From positions 320,001 to 384,000 of the forward strand of contig CAWDTA010000004.1 of assembly GCA_963805085.1 (NCBI GenBank): DNA of 64,000 nt. Reading direction: 5' to 3'. The stretch comes from an uncultured Veillonellaceae bacterium (GTDB lineage: Bacteria > Bacillota > Negativicutes > JARBTT01). The notes beneath the pieces are model-generated. The model saw only the letters and a list, made by a program, of their open reading frames with translations. It did not search any database and was not told the DNA's origin. Position numbers and translations under genes: made by a program. Of the stretch, positions 9,891 to 18,987 are shown piece by piece (position 1 is the stretch's first letter; every line of letters starts with the position of its first letter).

Positions 9891-10178
9891 TTAGGACACC
9901 TCTTCATTTGAAAAAGAAAAGACTTTTTTTGTTTCATTTTTTCCAGTGAATTCATTTTGTGCTATATCAGTTGCTTTTCTAATCTCAGCAATCTGTTTAT
10001 CAGTGTATTCATAACTTGATTTATTCGACAATTTACCAATCAAATTAATCTGGTTTAAAACCGCTGAAACTCTGCGTACTGAAATTCTTACAAAATCTCC
10101 TGCCTTATCTTTTACTTTTGGCGTTGCTGTCTCGTCGCCAAGGATCTCTCCATTATTTAAATTTGTTTCATCACTCAT
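9891..10178 (-). CDS. Small conserved hypothetical protein of a type seen in mobile/defence regions
   Basis: Motif FVRIS.RRV..VL..I.LIGKLSNKSSYEYT...I; RBS AAGGAG. Confidence 0.6.
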   Translation of the reverse strand: MSDETNLNNGEILGDETATPKVKDKAGDFVRISVRRVSAVLNQINLIGKLSNKSSYEYTDKQIAEIRKATDIAQNEFTGKNETKKVFSFSNEEVS

Positions 10179-10348
10179 AATTAAAAACTCCTTATCTTAT
10201 TATACATTTTAAAATTCTTTTATTTACTACCTAGAATGGTATTTGTGTCTACTAAGTTACCTTTAATACCTCAATAGCACTCTTATTACTTGGCTTCATA
10301 CAAATTGCAGGTATGAAAAACATATAATACGTATGTTTATATATTTAT

Positions 10349-10687
10349 TCATCTAGTTTGAATACCTCGAATTCTACTACCATCGTTTTTATTTATTTCA
10401 TAAGAGATCCCATTCCAATTTCCAACAACAATTTCATCAGACAAATCATCAAAATTTGTATATGGACTATCCTCATAGATTAAATCAGGTTCTTGAATTC
10501 TCCAGCGAATATCCTTATCTTTGATGTTTACCGCATAGACGTTCTGGTTATTTATTTCCCCTTTAGGAACAGTAATTAAAACCAAAACCAATTCTTCATA
10601 TAATTTAATACTTTTAATAGAATGTGAGAAATTGATAGAGTCCCCAGCTATAAATAACTGGTTATTAACATAATGTATATCCATCAT
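10349..10687 (-). CDS. Hypothetical beta-rich protein, possibly an orphan polymorphic-toxin immunity protein
   Basis: Acidic, 112 aa, with NVYAVN...IRWRIQ...PY...NWNG..YEIN..DG pattern. Confidence 0.45.
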   Translation of the reverse strand: MMDIHYVNNQLFIAGDSINFSHSIKSIKLYEELVLVLITVPKGEINNQNVYAVNIKDKDIRWRIQEPDLIYEDSPYTNFDDLSDEIVVGNWNGISYEINKNDGSRIRGIQTR

Positions 10688-10782
10688 TTGTCACCTAACT
10701 TCCTTGTATTTTGCAAGCGGCAGGATCATCGAGGCGTTCTAATAATTCATATCCGGTTAGCAAAAAAGGCTAACATTTCTGC

Positions 10783-12395
10783 CAATGTCATTAAGTTAAA
10801 ACATAGAAGATCAATCCCCAAAAGAATCGAGTACAAAAAAGCGTACCCGGTTCTTTTTTTGTAGAAAAAGGTTGACAAACAGACGAAAATATGTGATGAA
10901 GCTCCTTGAATGAATACATTTTGGGAGGTTTCGCTTATGAATTTCTCTGAAAGCGTGAAACAAGTATTGTTGGGAAAAATACAGGAGATGGCAACTTGTC
11001 CTGGATTGTTTGTACGCAATCCAGACAGTGATTTTACAAGAAAGCGAAAGCTTGATTTTGAAACAACAATTCGGTGTCTGATTGCCATGGAAAGCGGTAG
11101 CCTGAAGAAAGAACTGCTGGAGCTTTTCCATTACAATCTTGACACCGCGACGGCATCGGCTTTTAATCAGCAACGTGAAAAGATACTCCCGGAAGCATTG
11201 GAATTTCTCTTCCGAGAATTCAGCAAAGCCTTTGCACAATATCAAACATACCGTGGGTATCGATTACTTGCCTGTGATGGCACTGCCTTGAACATAGCTC
11301 AAAATCCAAGTGATCAGGAAACTTATTTTCAGTCAATTCCCGGAGATAAAGGGTTTAATCAACTCCATCTAAATTCCCCCCTATACGATTTATGTAGCAG
11401 ACGGTATGTGGATGCTGTAATCCAACCTGGAAGAAAAAAGAATGAGTGCCGCGCCATGACAGACATGATCGACCAGTGCGTTTCCGGACACAAGACAATA
11501 TTTATTGCAGATCGCGGCTATGAAGCTTACAACACCTTTGCTCACGCAGAACAACGAGATATGTATTATCTTATACGTGTAAGGGAATCTGGACATAGTA
11601 TGGTAACTAGCTTTGGTTTGCCGCTAACGGACTCATTCGATACACATGTGCATCTTACACTGACCCATAAACAGTCAGCTCTGGCAAGAGCATGTCCCGG
11701 TTATAAATTTCTTCCATCAAACAGTACATTCGATTATTTGGATCAAAGTGATTTCTATCCTATCACTTTACGCATTGTACGTTTTCTAGTCACGGAAGAT
11801 ACCTATGAATGCGTTATTACCAATCTGCCCAAAGATACGTTTCCACCGGATGAACTCAAGAAACTCTACGCAATGCGTTGGGGAATCGAAACGTCCTTCC
11901 GGGAATTGAAATATGCAATTGGTCTCAGTTGTTTCCATGCCAAAAAGGTGGAGTATATCAAGCAGGAAATCTTTGCCCGTCTGCTTCTTTATAATTTCTG
12001 TGAGATCATCACGACCCATGTGGTGATCCAGCAAAAAGATACGAAGCACATATACCAAGTGAACTATACTCTGGCAATCCACTTATGTCGGCATTTTCTG
12101 CGATTTCCTACGGATATATCTCCACCCGATGTTGAGATGCTGATACAGAAAAATCTTCTTCCTGTCAGACCCGGACGCAGTGACCCTCGCAAAGTCAAGC
12201 CCAAGGCAGCAGTGAGTTTTCTATATCGTGTAGCATAATCTCCTATTTACTATATCCCTTTTATTGGCAGATAGCAATCTGCCTTTTTGTGGCGCTCAAA
12301 AATAGACAAAAAAGACAGGGAGACCATTATTTCTCAATCTCGCTGTCTTTTCCGTTGTTTCTTTGTCGTTTTGTTTTCTTAACTTAATGACATTG
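10783..12395 (+). mobile_element. IS4-family insertion sequence (element B)
   Basis: 17-bp terminal IRs CAATGTCATTAAGTTAA (10783-10799) and TTAACTTAATGACATTG (12379-12395), the same IR as element A. Confidence 0.92.
10937..12238 (+). CDS. IS4-family DDE transposase
   Basis: LLACDGT, IADRGY, YAMRWGIETSFRELK. Start at 10937 after GGGAGG. Homologous to 999-2285 but clearly divergent and more GC-rich. Confidence 0.93.
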   Translation: MNFSESVKQVLLGKIQEMATCPGLFVRNPDSDFTRKRKLDFETTIRCLIAMESGSLKKELLELFHYNLDTATASAFNQQREKILPEALEFLFREFSKAFAQYQTYRGYRLLACDGTALNIAQNPSDQETYFQSIPGDKGFNQLHLNSPLYDLCSRRYVDAVIQPGRKKNECRAMTDMIDQCVSGHKTIFIADRGYEAYNTFAHAEQRDMYYLIRVRESGHSMVTSFGLPLTDSFDTHVHLTLTHKQSALARACPGYKFLPSNSTFDYLDQSDFYPITLRIVRFLVTEDTYECVITNLPKDTFPPDELKKLYAMRWGIETSFRELKYAIGLSCFHAKKVEYIKQEIFARLLLYNFCEIITTHVVIQQKDTKHIYQVNYTLAIHLCRHFLRFPTDISPPDVEMLIQKNLLPVRPGRSDPRKVKPKAAVSFLYRVA

Positions 12396-12461
12396 TCTTT
12401 AAGGAGAGCATATCAATGGTAGCTTTTCGGACTTATTCTAATCTTTTTCTTTCTTTATCTA

Positions 12462-14423
12462 CTAACCCTTGAACTTACTAACCGCTTCTTGTAAATTCTG
12501 TGCCATTTGTGCTAGACTTTGACTCGAAGATGCGATTTCTTCCATAGAAGCAGCCTGTTCTTCTGTTGCTGCCGAAACATTTTGCACCTCACCACTTGTA
12601 TTCTTCGTTAGTTCATCAATCTGCTGCACTGAGACAACAATTTGCTGACTATCATTCGCCAGATGTTGAATAACAGCTGATGTATCCCCAACTTGACCAG
12701 CCAAGTTTGTTACCATCTCAATAATTTTTTTAAAGCTTTCACCAGCTTCATTTACAACACCTGTACCAACCTTCACTTCTTTTGTACCTTCTTGCATAGC
12801 CACTACAGCCTTATCTGTTTCACCTTGAATTTCCGCAATCAGGTTGGCAATTTGTTTTGCCGCTTCCTGCGATTGCTCCGCTAATTTGCGAACTTCCTCG
12901 GCAACAACAGCAAAGCCTCGTCCTTGTTCACCTGCCCTGGCCGCCTCGATCGCAGCGTTAAGAGCTAGAAGATTCGTTTGCCCTGCAATTCCAGAAATAG
13001 TATCGACGATCTGCCCTATTTCTTTTGAGCGTTCACCAAGCTGCGCAACTACCGTGGCTGAAGTACTAACTGTATGCTCAATATCTAGCATCTGCTGAAC
13101 AGCAGATTGTACTGCCCTACCGCCTTCCTTAGCTGTATCAACAGCTTTCATAGACTGCTCCGACACTGCATTCGCATTATCCGCTGCTTGATAAATATTT
13201 TGTGACATCTGTTCTATTACTTTGGTTACGTCATTCACTACTCGATATTGCTTATCAGTTCCTTCTGCTACTTCAGTTATCGATGAAGCTACTTGATTCG
13301 CAGCGATTGCAGATTGTTCAGCGCTCGACGTTAGTTGTTCTGACGATGCTGCTAATTGATGGGAATTTTCTTGTACTTGTCCGACTAGCTTTTTTAAATT
13401 AACTACCATTGTAGCAAAGGCAGCCGCTAACATTCCAATTTCATCTTTTGAAGTTATCTCTATTTTTTGATTAAGATCCCCCTGTGCAATTTTACTTGCT
13501 AACTGCTGCATTTTTAAGATTGGTTCTGAAAAACCTTTCGCAATATAAAAAGCTAGAATTCCTACTAAAATTAAAACGACTAATGTTACCAAACTAACCA
13601 TGAGTAATAAAGCGTGCGTTTTTTCTGTTATCACACTATAAGGTGTCTCTAAACAAATCAACCACCCTGTTTTATCATCATAAACATATGTAATGATTTT
13701 CTTTCCACTATTTTTATCCTCAACAATGGCAAAGCCACTCTTTTTACTGGATAAACCTTCTTTTACAAAGCTTACTTCATTCATATCAGCACGATCTTTT
13801 ACAAGATTTTGCTCTGGATGCGCTAGTATTTTCCCTTCACTATCAATAACATAGGCCAGTCTACCGTCATTGGACAACTTTTCTACAAACTCACTAATTT
13901 TTGTAAGTGTAAGCGAGCCCTGCATTACCCCAATAACATTGGTTCCATTTAAATCACGTACAGGTGTCATCAGATTTACCACGGCACGATTTGAGTTCTT
14001 ACTAAACACAACGCCTGATATTGCCTCATCCTGCCCCTTAAGTGCAGCTTGATAAAAGGGCCTTTCCCAAATATTTGCCAATGAGATATTGTCTCCGCGT
14101 ACAACCTGATTGCCTTTTGCATCATCAAGTGAAAAAGAACTTTCCGGATAAACCTTCTGCATTTGCAGTAGATAGGTCTTTACCTTAGGTAAATCATATT
14201 CTTTTACCGTCGGATTAGCAGCAATCGTTTTAAGTGCCATGAAAGATTTATCAATATAACCATCCATCTGCATATCAACTTCCATAGCAAGTTCCTTACA
14301 TTGATTGATTGCTTCTTTTTCTAGTTCCGTACTTAAATACCTTACTGAAATCACCGACAATATGATGAGTGGAATAAAACTTATGGATATCATAATCAAT
14401 AATAATTTCTTTTTTACGCTCAT
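12462..14423 (-). CDS. Methyl-accepting chemotaxis protein with dCache sensor
   Basis: TM-dCache ([13 protein letters not shown])-TM-HAMP-signalling domain ([38 protein letters not shown]). Start MSVKKK after GGGGAG. Confidence 0.95.
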   Translation of the reverse strand: MSVKKKLLLIMISISFIPLIILSVISVRYLSTELEKEAINQCKELAMEVDMQMDGYIDKSFMALKTIAANPTVKEYDLPKVKTYLLQMQKVYPESSFSLDDAKGNQVVRGDNISLANIWERPFYQAALKGQDEAISGVVFSKNSNRAVVNLMTPVRDLNGTNVIGVMQGSLTLTKISEFVEKLSNDGRLAYVIDSEGKILAHPEQNLVKDRADMNEVSFVKEGLSSKKSGFAIVEDKNSGKKIITYVYDDKTGWLICLETPYSVITEKTHALLLMVSLVTLVVLILVGILAFYIAKGFSEPILKMQQLASKIAQGDLNQKIEITSKDEIGMLAAAFATMVVNLKKLVGQVQENSHQLAASSEQLTSSAEQSAIAANQVASSITEVAEGTDKQYRVVNDVTKVIEQMSQNIYQAADNANAVSEQSMKAVDTAKEGGRAVQSAVQQMLDIEHTVSTSATVVAQLGERSKEIGQIVDTISGIAGQTNLLALNAAIEAARAGEQGRGFAVVAEEVRKLAEQSQEAAKQIANLIAEIQGETDKAVVAMQEGTKEVKVGTGVVNEAGESFKKIIEMVTNLAGQVGDTSAVIQHLANDSQQIVVSVQQIDELTKNTSGEVQNVSAATEEQAASMEEIASSSQSLAQMAQNLQEAVSKFKG

Positions 14424-14610
14424 TTCGATAGCTCCCCCTATTAATTTCAATAGTAAATACTGCTATATATAACACACTAAACTTTCTATCAATCTTTAGT
14501 GCTTTCTATATAGTACAAGCAACAAATTTTACTGCTATAAATTTTCATCTTTCATATCAACAGTAATAAACTCTAAATTCACCATTTTTTCGTACCGTTG
14601 GATATATTTA

Positions 14611-14627
14611 TGCAATTTTTATGCCAA
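14611..14627 (-). promoter_or_regulatory. sigma54 (-24/-12) promoter for the MCP gene
   Basis: Minus strand TTGGCATAAAAATTGCA matches TGGCA-N6-TTGC; TGCA-rich dyads at ~14685-14713 may be an activator site. Confidence 0.8.
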
Positions 14628-14866
14628 TTCATTCCACCTTGATAACACTGGGTTTGTGATTTTACACTAGAAATGATCGTTTCATAATGCAATATATTCA
14701 ATGCATTATGCATCATTTATTTTTGAGTTGCAAATATTCTTCATAATTATTATTTATTTTTTTTAATGCTTACATACAGTATTTAAAAGTGCTAAATTGA
14801 ATGATACTACCTTTATTTCCATAAAAATAGCCCTTGTCCATTTTGCTTTTGGATAAGGGCTATCTT

Positions 14867-15286
14867 CTATTTCAATGTAGGTAAACTTCCCGTTAAGTGA
14901 TTGATTTCTTTTTTGTTGCCATAAAGGCAAATTCCAAGGTAGTTAAGACTATTCGCGAAAGCACCTGCCATTTTCGTTGTATAATCTTCATACGAGTTAC
15001 AACGCTGCGCCAAATCACTAAAACCTACTAACATCATACTTTCTTCATATTCTGCATTAGCTGTTTGATAAATTTCTTTAATTTGATCTTTACTAGCGGC
15101 TAAAATAGGAAGAGGCGTATTGATAATACCAAGGTGCTGATGCTGGTCTTGATCGACTACATCCTCACCGACAATTTCCTGTATCTGTTTTCCAAGCGTA
15201 CAACCTAATATTGCCGCTGTATTGGCAATCAATCCTATCGGTAGATTTTGATCAATCACTGCTACACATTTTTTCGAAGAGTCCAT
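14867..15286 (-). CDS. DUF2000 family protein
   Basis: KCVAVIDQNLPIGLIANTAAILG...H.GI...P.PIL...YLGICLYG.KK.IN.LTGSLP. Confidence 0.8.
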   Translation of the reverse strand: MDSSKKCVAVIDQNLPIGLIANTAAILGCTLGKQIQEIVGEDVVDQDQHQHLGIINTPLPILAASKDQIKEIYQTANAEYEESMMLVGFSDLAQRCNSYEDYTTKMAGAFANSLNYLGICLYGNKKEINHLTGSLPTLK

Positions 15287-15365
15287 GTAAAATACCTTCC
15301 TTCTATTGGTGTTTCATCTAGTATAGCAATTATATTAGAAGGTATATTGTAAAAAATTGCTCTAT

Positions 15366-16157
15366 TTAATGTAACTTCTGATAAAGGTAAGGGGTTACTC
15401 CACAATACTCTTTAAACGATTTAGAAAAATGACTTTGATCATAAAAACCTGCTTCATGAGCTACGTATGCAATATCATTTCCTTTTTTTAACATCATTTT
15501 AGCATGATTTAGCCGCAATTGCATTAAATAGGCGTGCGGCGTCATCGCATAATTTTTATGAAACAAGCGAATCAGATGATATTTGGTAACGCCTAATAGA
15601 GCTGTCATTTCATCTAATGTTATAGCTTCAAGGTAATGTCTCTCTATATAATTGCGTAAAAAGCAAACAGCAGTATTATGATTGTTGTTGATTGTTGGAT
15701 AAAGGGCGCTATTCTTAAACGAAAGAATTTCTGCTAGGGTAGTAATCAGCTCAGTTTCTTTTTCTAGTTGTGATGCCTTGGATTCGAGGAAAGAAAAAAA
15801 TGCTTTTATTTTATTGCAATTGGTCGCATGCAACTTTTTTATCGCTACTGAGATTACGGCATCTTGGTTAAATACAGATTGCAGCCAATTGTTATCAACA
15901 TAAAGCATTTTAAATTTCCACGATTTGATATCTTGAGGCGCACATTGATGCATAATCTTCGGTGGAAAAATAACCAAATGATTATGACCAACGGCAAAAT
16001 TAGTCCCCTGGCAACTTACCAGGCTCGTACCGCTTTCAACGATTCCAATAGACAGTTCACTATGACAATGGCATTTAGACGCAGGAATATTATATTGTCC
16101 CGTTTTAATTTCATAATAAGGAACTTGTTCATCCCGATAAAAATGTAATTTCTTCAT
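15366..16157 (-). CDS. AraC-family transcriptional regulator
   Basis: N-terminal cupin (HCHSE...H) and C-terminal HTH pair with GFYDQSHFSKSFK..GVTP. Confidence 0.9.
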   Translation of the reverse strand: MKKLHFYRDEQVPYYEIKTGQYNIPASKCHCHSELSIGIVESGTSLVSCQGTNFAVGHNHLVIFPPKIMHQCAPQDIKSWKFKMLYVDNNWLQSVFNQDAVISVAIKKLHATNCNKIKAFFSFLESKASQLEKETELITTLAEILSFKNSALYPTINNNHNTAVCFLRNYIERHYLEAITLDEMTALLGVTKYHLIRLFHKNYAMTPHAYLMQLRLNHAKMMLKKGNDIAYVAHEAGFYDQSHFSKSFKEYCGVTPYLYQKLH

Positions 16158-16273
16158 CTTCATTCTCCTAAATACCATTGTAATTAAAAACATTATACCG
16201 AATTACAGCTATAAAAAACAACTGATAAAACCATAGTATTCTGCATAAACTTCCTAGTAGTAACTATATTTTT

Positions 16274-17209
16274 CTAGATAGTTTTGAGCATATCAATATG
16301 CTCAATTCCAGCCTCTAGATATATTTCGCCTTTTGCTTCAAACCCAAGCCGTTCATAAAAATTTCTTGCATGTACTTGCGCTGATAATTTCATTGACTGG
16401 TAGCCTATTTTTCTAGCCTCAGCTTCAATTGCTTTCATAATCATTTTACCCGAACCATTGCCACGCTCTTTAGCCAATACAGCTACGCGTTCAATTTTTA
16501 GCACTCCATCACTATACGGACGAAAACGAGCGGTTCCCACTGCATTTTGCTCTTGGTCTACTAGAAGCACATGCTTGGTAGATTCTTGCTTATCATATGT
16601 ATCAAGCTCCAATTCTTCTGGCACATTTTGTTCTTTAACAAAAACTGCACGCCTGATCCCATACGCTTTTTCCTGATCTTTAGGATCAGTTATAATCATA
16701 ATTTTAAAACTACTTTCTTTTTCAATATGCAATTTATAAAATATTGTATCAACTTTCATTACAGGAAAAGTCACTGGTAGATTTTCTTTCGGTAGTTGAA
16801 TGAATTGATTCTTTTCATAGAAGCGATGTGCAGCCAAAAATTTCTCAGTAGTTCCGAGATAAATCTCTTGCATACTGTGTTTTTCTGCCCATTCAATTGT
16901 TTCTTTCAGCAATAACTTTGCTGCATTATATATTTTTCCTCTATAAGAGGATTTTACAAACATTTTTCGCAAAGCCCCTTGTTCATTACCAATGTCAATC
17001 AGTGCAATCGTCCCTACAACACACTCTTGGCTCATAGCTACCCAAAAGTTACTGCTACCGGATTGATAAAAATTTTCTATATCATTTAAATCTGGCTGCT
17101 CTTCTTTTTTTATAGGAATCTGAAATTCATTTTGTTGTATATCAAGAATTAAATTAATAATTTGCTCTTTATATGCTTCAGTATATTCTTTTATGATGAT
17201 TTCTTCCAT
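16274..17209 (-). CDS. Tandem two-domain GNAT acetyltransferase
   Basis: Domain 1: LRKMFVKSSYRG...IYLGT...AHRFYEKN. Domain 2 (ElaA/YjcF-like): IRRAVFVKEQ...IERVAVL...RGNGSG...LSAQ..ARNFYERLGF...EAGIEHIDM. Confidence 0.88.
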   Translation of the reverse strand: MEEIIIKEYTEAYKEQIINLILDIQQNEFQIPIKKEEQPDLNDIENFYQSGSSNFWVAMSQECVVGTIALIDIGNEQGALRKMFVKSSYRGKIYNAAKLLLKETIEWAEKHSMQEIYLGTTEKFLAAHRFYEKNQFIQLPKENLPVTFPVMKVDTIFYKLHIEKESSFKIMIITDPKDQEKAYGIRRAVFVKEQNVPEELELDTYDKQESTKHVLLVDQEQNAVGTARFRPYSDGVLKIERVAVLAKERGNGSGKMIMKAIEAEARKIGYQSMKLSAQVHARNFYERLGFEAKGEIYLEAGIEHIDMLKTI

Positions 17210-17252
17210 TCGTGATAGCCCCCTCTTATAAGTGAACTTGTTATAAAATTCT

Positions 17253-17717
17253 TTACTTTTCTTCGTCTTTCAATGACTTTGTTGTTTTCCAATCCTGTTC
17301 AATATTTTGACCCATTCGTTTTATCAAATGCTCCGCTATTTTTTTTTCTTCATCACTGAAATCAGAGAAACAGCTGGCAATCCTTCGATTTTCTTCTTGA
17401 ATAATGTAATCATAAATTTTTTCAGCCTTTACTAAAGGAAAGAGATGCCACATCCTTTTATCTTCGAGATCACGTCTTCTTAGTACATAATCTTCTACTA
17501 TTAACTTTTGTACTGCCTTGGTCGTTGTTGCCTTATCTACTTTTAGAATATTGGAAAGCTCGATAAAATTAATTCCTGGACACTCGCAAATACGAGTTAG
17601 AAAGATGAATTGTCCTCTTTGTAAATTAAATTCACGAAATTTTATATCGCTAATGGATTGAACACAACGTGCCAAAGTGCCAACGTCCCTTAGAATTTCA
17701 TTTTTAAGTCTCCTAAT
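17253..17717 (-). CDS. MarR-family regulator (start uncertain)
   Basis: LQRGQFIFLTRICE.PGI...LKVDKATTTKAVQKL...Y..R..D..DKR; frame is open upstream to ~17717 near a GGAGG. Confidence 0.85.
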   Translation of the reverse strand: MRRLKNEILRDVGTLARCVQSISDIKFREFNLQRGQFIFLTRICECPGINFIELSNILKVDKATTTKAVQKLIVEDYVLRRRDLEDKRMWHLFPLVKAEKIYDYIIQEENRRIASCFSDFSDEEKKIAEHLIKRMGQNIEQDWKTTKSLKDEEK

Positions 17718-17772
17718 AAAAATTCCTCCATATTCAAACTAGTTTAAAGTTCAACTAACTATACCATATGTA

Positions 17773-17798
17773 ATTTAAGTTGAAATGTCAACTTAAAT
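17773..17798. promoter_or_regulatory. Likely MarR operator palindrome
   Basis: ATTTAAGTTGA-AATG-TCAACTTAAAT directly upstream of marR. Confidence 0.65.
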
Positions 17799-18108
17799 GT
17801 CGTAAATATTTTTTGATCCTTCTACCTAACAGGCACTGCTTATAAGTTTTCAGATACCCACCTTTAATAATTGCAAATTATGTTTAATTATGTTAAATTT
17901 CTTGACTTTCATATTGAAATATCTATAATAATTAGTATAGTAGTTAAATAAAAGTAAGTAATATGTAATCATCCCATATTACTTTTTCTTCAAGTGACGG
18001 TAAATAATGTTTTCGAAAGATGGTTAAATAATAAAATTATCAATATTGATTCTGGCTGATTAACGATCAATTATATACATATAAATTATCTATAGGGAGG
18101 ATTTTATT

Positions 18109-18774
18109 ATGATAATTCAAGCAACCAATGGAGAAAATACGAAGTTTCAAACACCCTCAGCTACACAAGCTCAGGCAAAACAAACTACAACGGCTAGCGT
18201 AACCACCGATACTGCGACACAAGACTTATCAGCACAAAAAGATATTGTAGAATTAAGTGCAGATGGTTTACAAAAATCCAAAGAAGCAGGAACTTCCACT
18301 GTAAAAACACTATCTTCTTCAGAAGATACGTCGACTACAAGTGCGTTAGTTATAACCTCTTCTGAAGGAGACACCGCAGAGTTAAGCGTATCAGGCATGC
18401 ACGCCTCGCAAAGTTCTCAAAAGGCCTCTATATCAACAACAAATTTATCTAGTTCCACATCCTCCACTTCCTCATCAGACGGAGATGATTCAACTGTCGA
18501 TACAAACAATCTTTCACAGTACAATAAATCTCAATTGAAAGATATGGTATCCGATGGAACGATTACTAAAGCCGAATATAACCACGAAATCAGCAAGCGT
18601 GAATCAAGTAGTGATACAAGCAATCTTTCACAGGATACTGAATCCCAATTGAAAGATACGGCATCTAATGGAACAGCTACAAAATCCGAATATACCCGCG
18701 AAATCAGCAAGCGTGAATCAAGTACTGATACAAACAGTTCCATAGGAAACGCTGTAGCAACTCTTCTTAACTAA
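18109..18774 (+). CDS. Ser/Thr-rich low-complexity protein with two 38-aa SHOCT-like repeats
   Basis: RBS GGGAGG; repeat DTNNLSQY..SQLKDMVSDGTITKAEYN.EISKRESS. Confidence 0.7.
   Translation: MIIQATNGENTKFQTPSATQAQAKQTTTASVTTDTATQDLSAQKDIVELSADGLQKSKEAGTSTVKTLSSSEDTSTTSALVITSSEGDTAELSVSGMHASQSSQKASISTTNLSSSTSSTSSSDGDDSTVDTNNLSQYNKSQLKDMVSDGTITKAEYNHEISKRESSSDTSNLSQDTESQLKDTASNGTATKSEYTREISKRESSTDTNSSIGNAVATLLN
18499..18735 (+). repeat. 114-bp in-frame tandem repeat (2 copies plus start of a third)
   Basis: Units start at 18499, 18613 and 18727. Confidence 0.85.
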
Positions 18775-18818
18775 CCATCAAACTGTGTATAAATAACGCA
18801 AAGATTAAACTTCTTTAT

Positions 18819-18889
18819 AATAAAAATAAGGTCTAAAAATCAGCTAAATGGACAGTACCCGACCGCTGATTTTAGACCTTATTTTTATT
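18819..18889. terminator. Bidirectional terminator-like hairpin between convergent genes
   Basis: AATAAAAATAAGGTCTAAAA..TCAGC / GCTGA.TTTTAGACCTTATTTTTATT. Confidence 0.7.
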
Positions 18890-18987
18890 TCATAATCATA
18901 AAAGTTCTTTTTTAAAATTAACATTATATTATTGATTATATAGTCTCATATTTATTTTATACCACCCCTACGACTGGGGGGATCTTG

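Larger units (their letters stand above)
839..12395. mobile_element. Composite transposon bounded by two different IS4-family elements, with 10-bp target site duplication
   Basis: TCTTTAAGGA at 829-838 and 12396-12405 directly abuts the outer IRs. Neither IS has a duplication of its own. Confidence 0.85.

Noticed and set aside
10690-10782. Toxin C-terminal remnant upstream of the immunity-like gene (YELLERLDDPAACKIQGS*)
   Set aside because: The frame has a stop before the IS boundary and the peptide is too short to assign.
10747-12082. Minus-strand ORFs inside IS element B (113, 144, 68, 98 aa)
   Set aside because: They are antisense shadows of the transposase with no recognisable motifs.
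18499-18735. Tandem repeat as a CRISPR-like array
   Set aside because: The units are in-frame coding repeats of 114 bp with no unique spacers and no cas genes. No CRISPR array was seen anywhere in the window.
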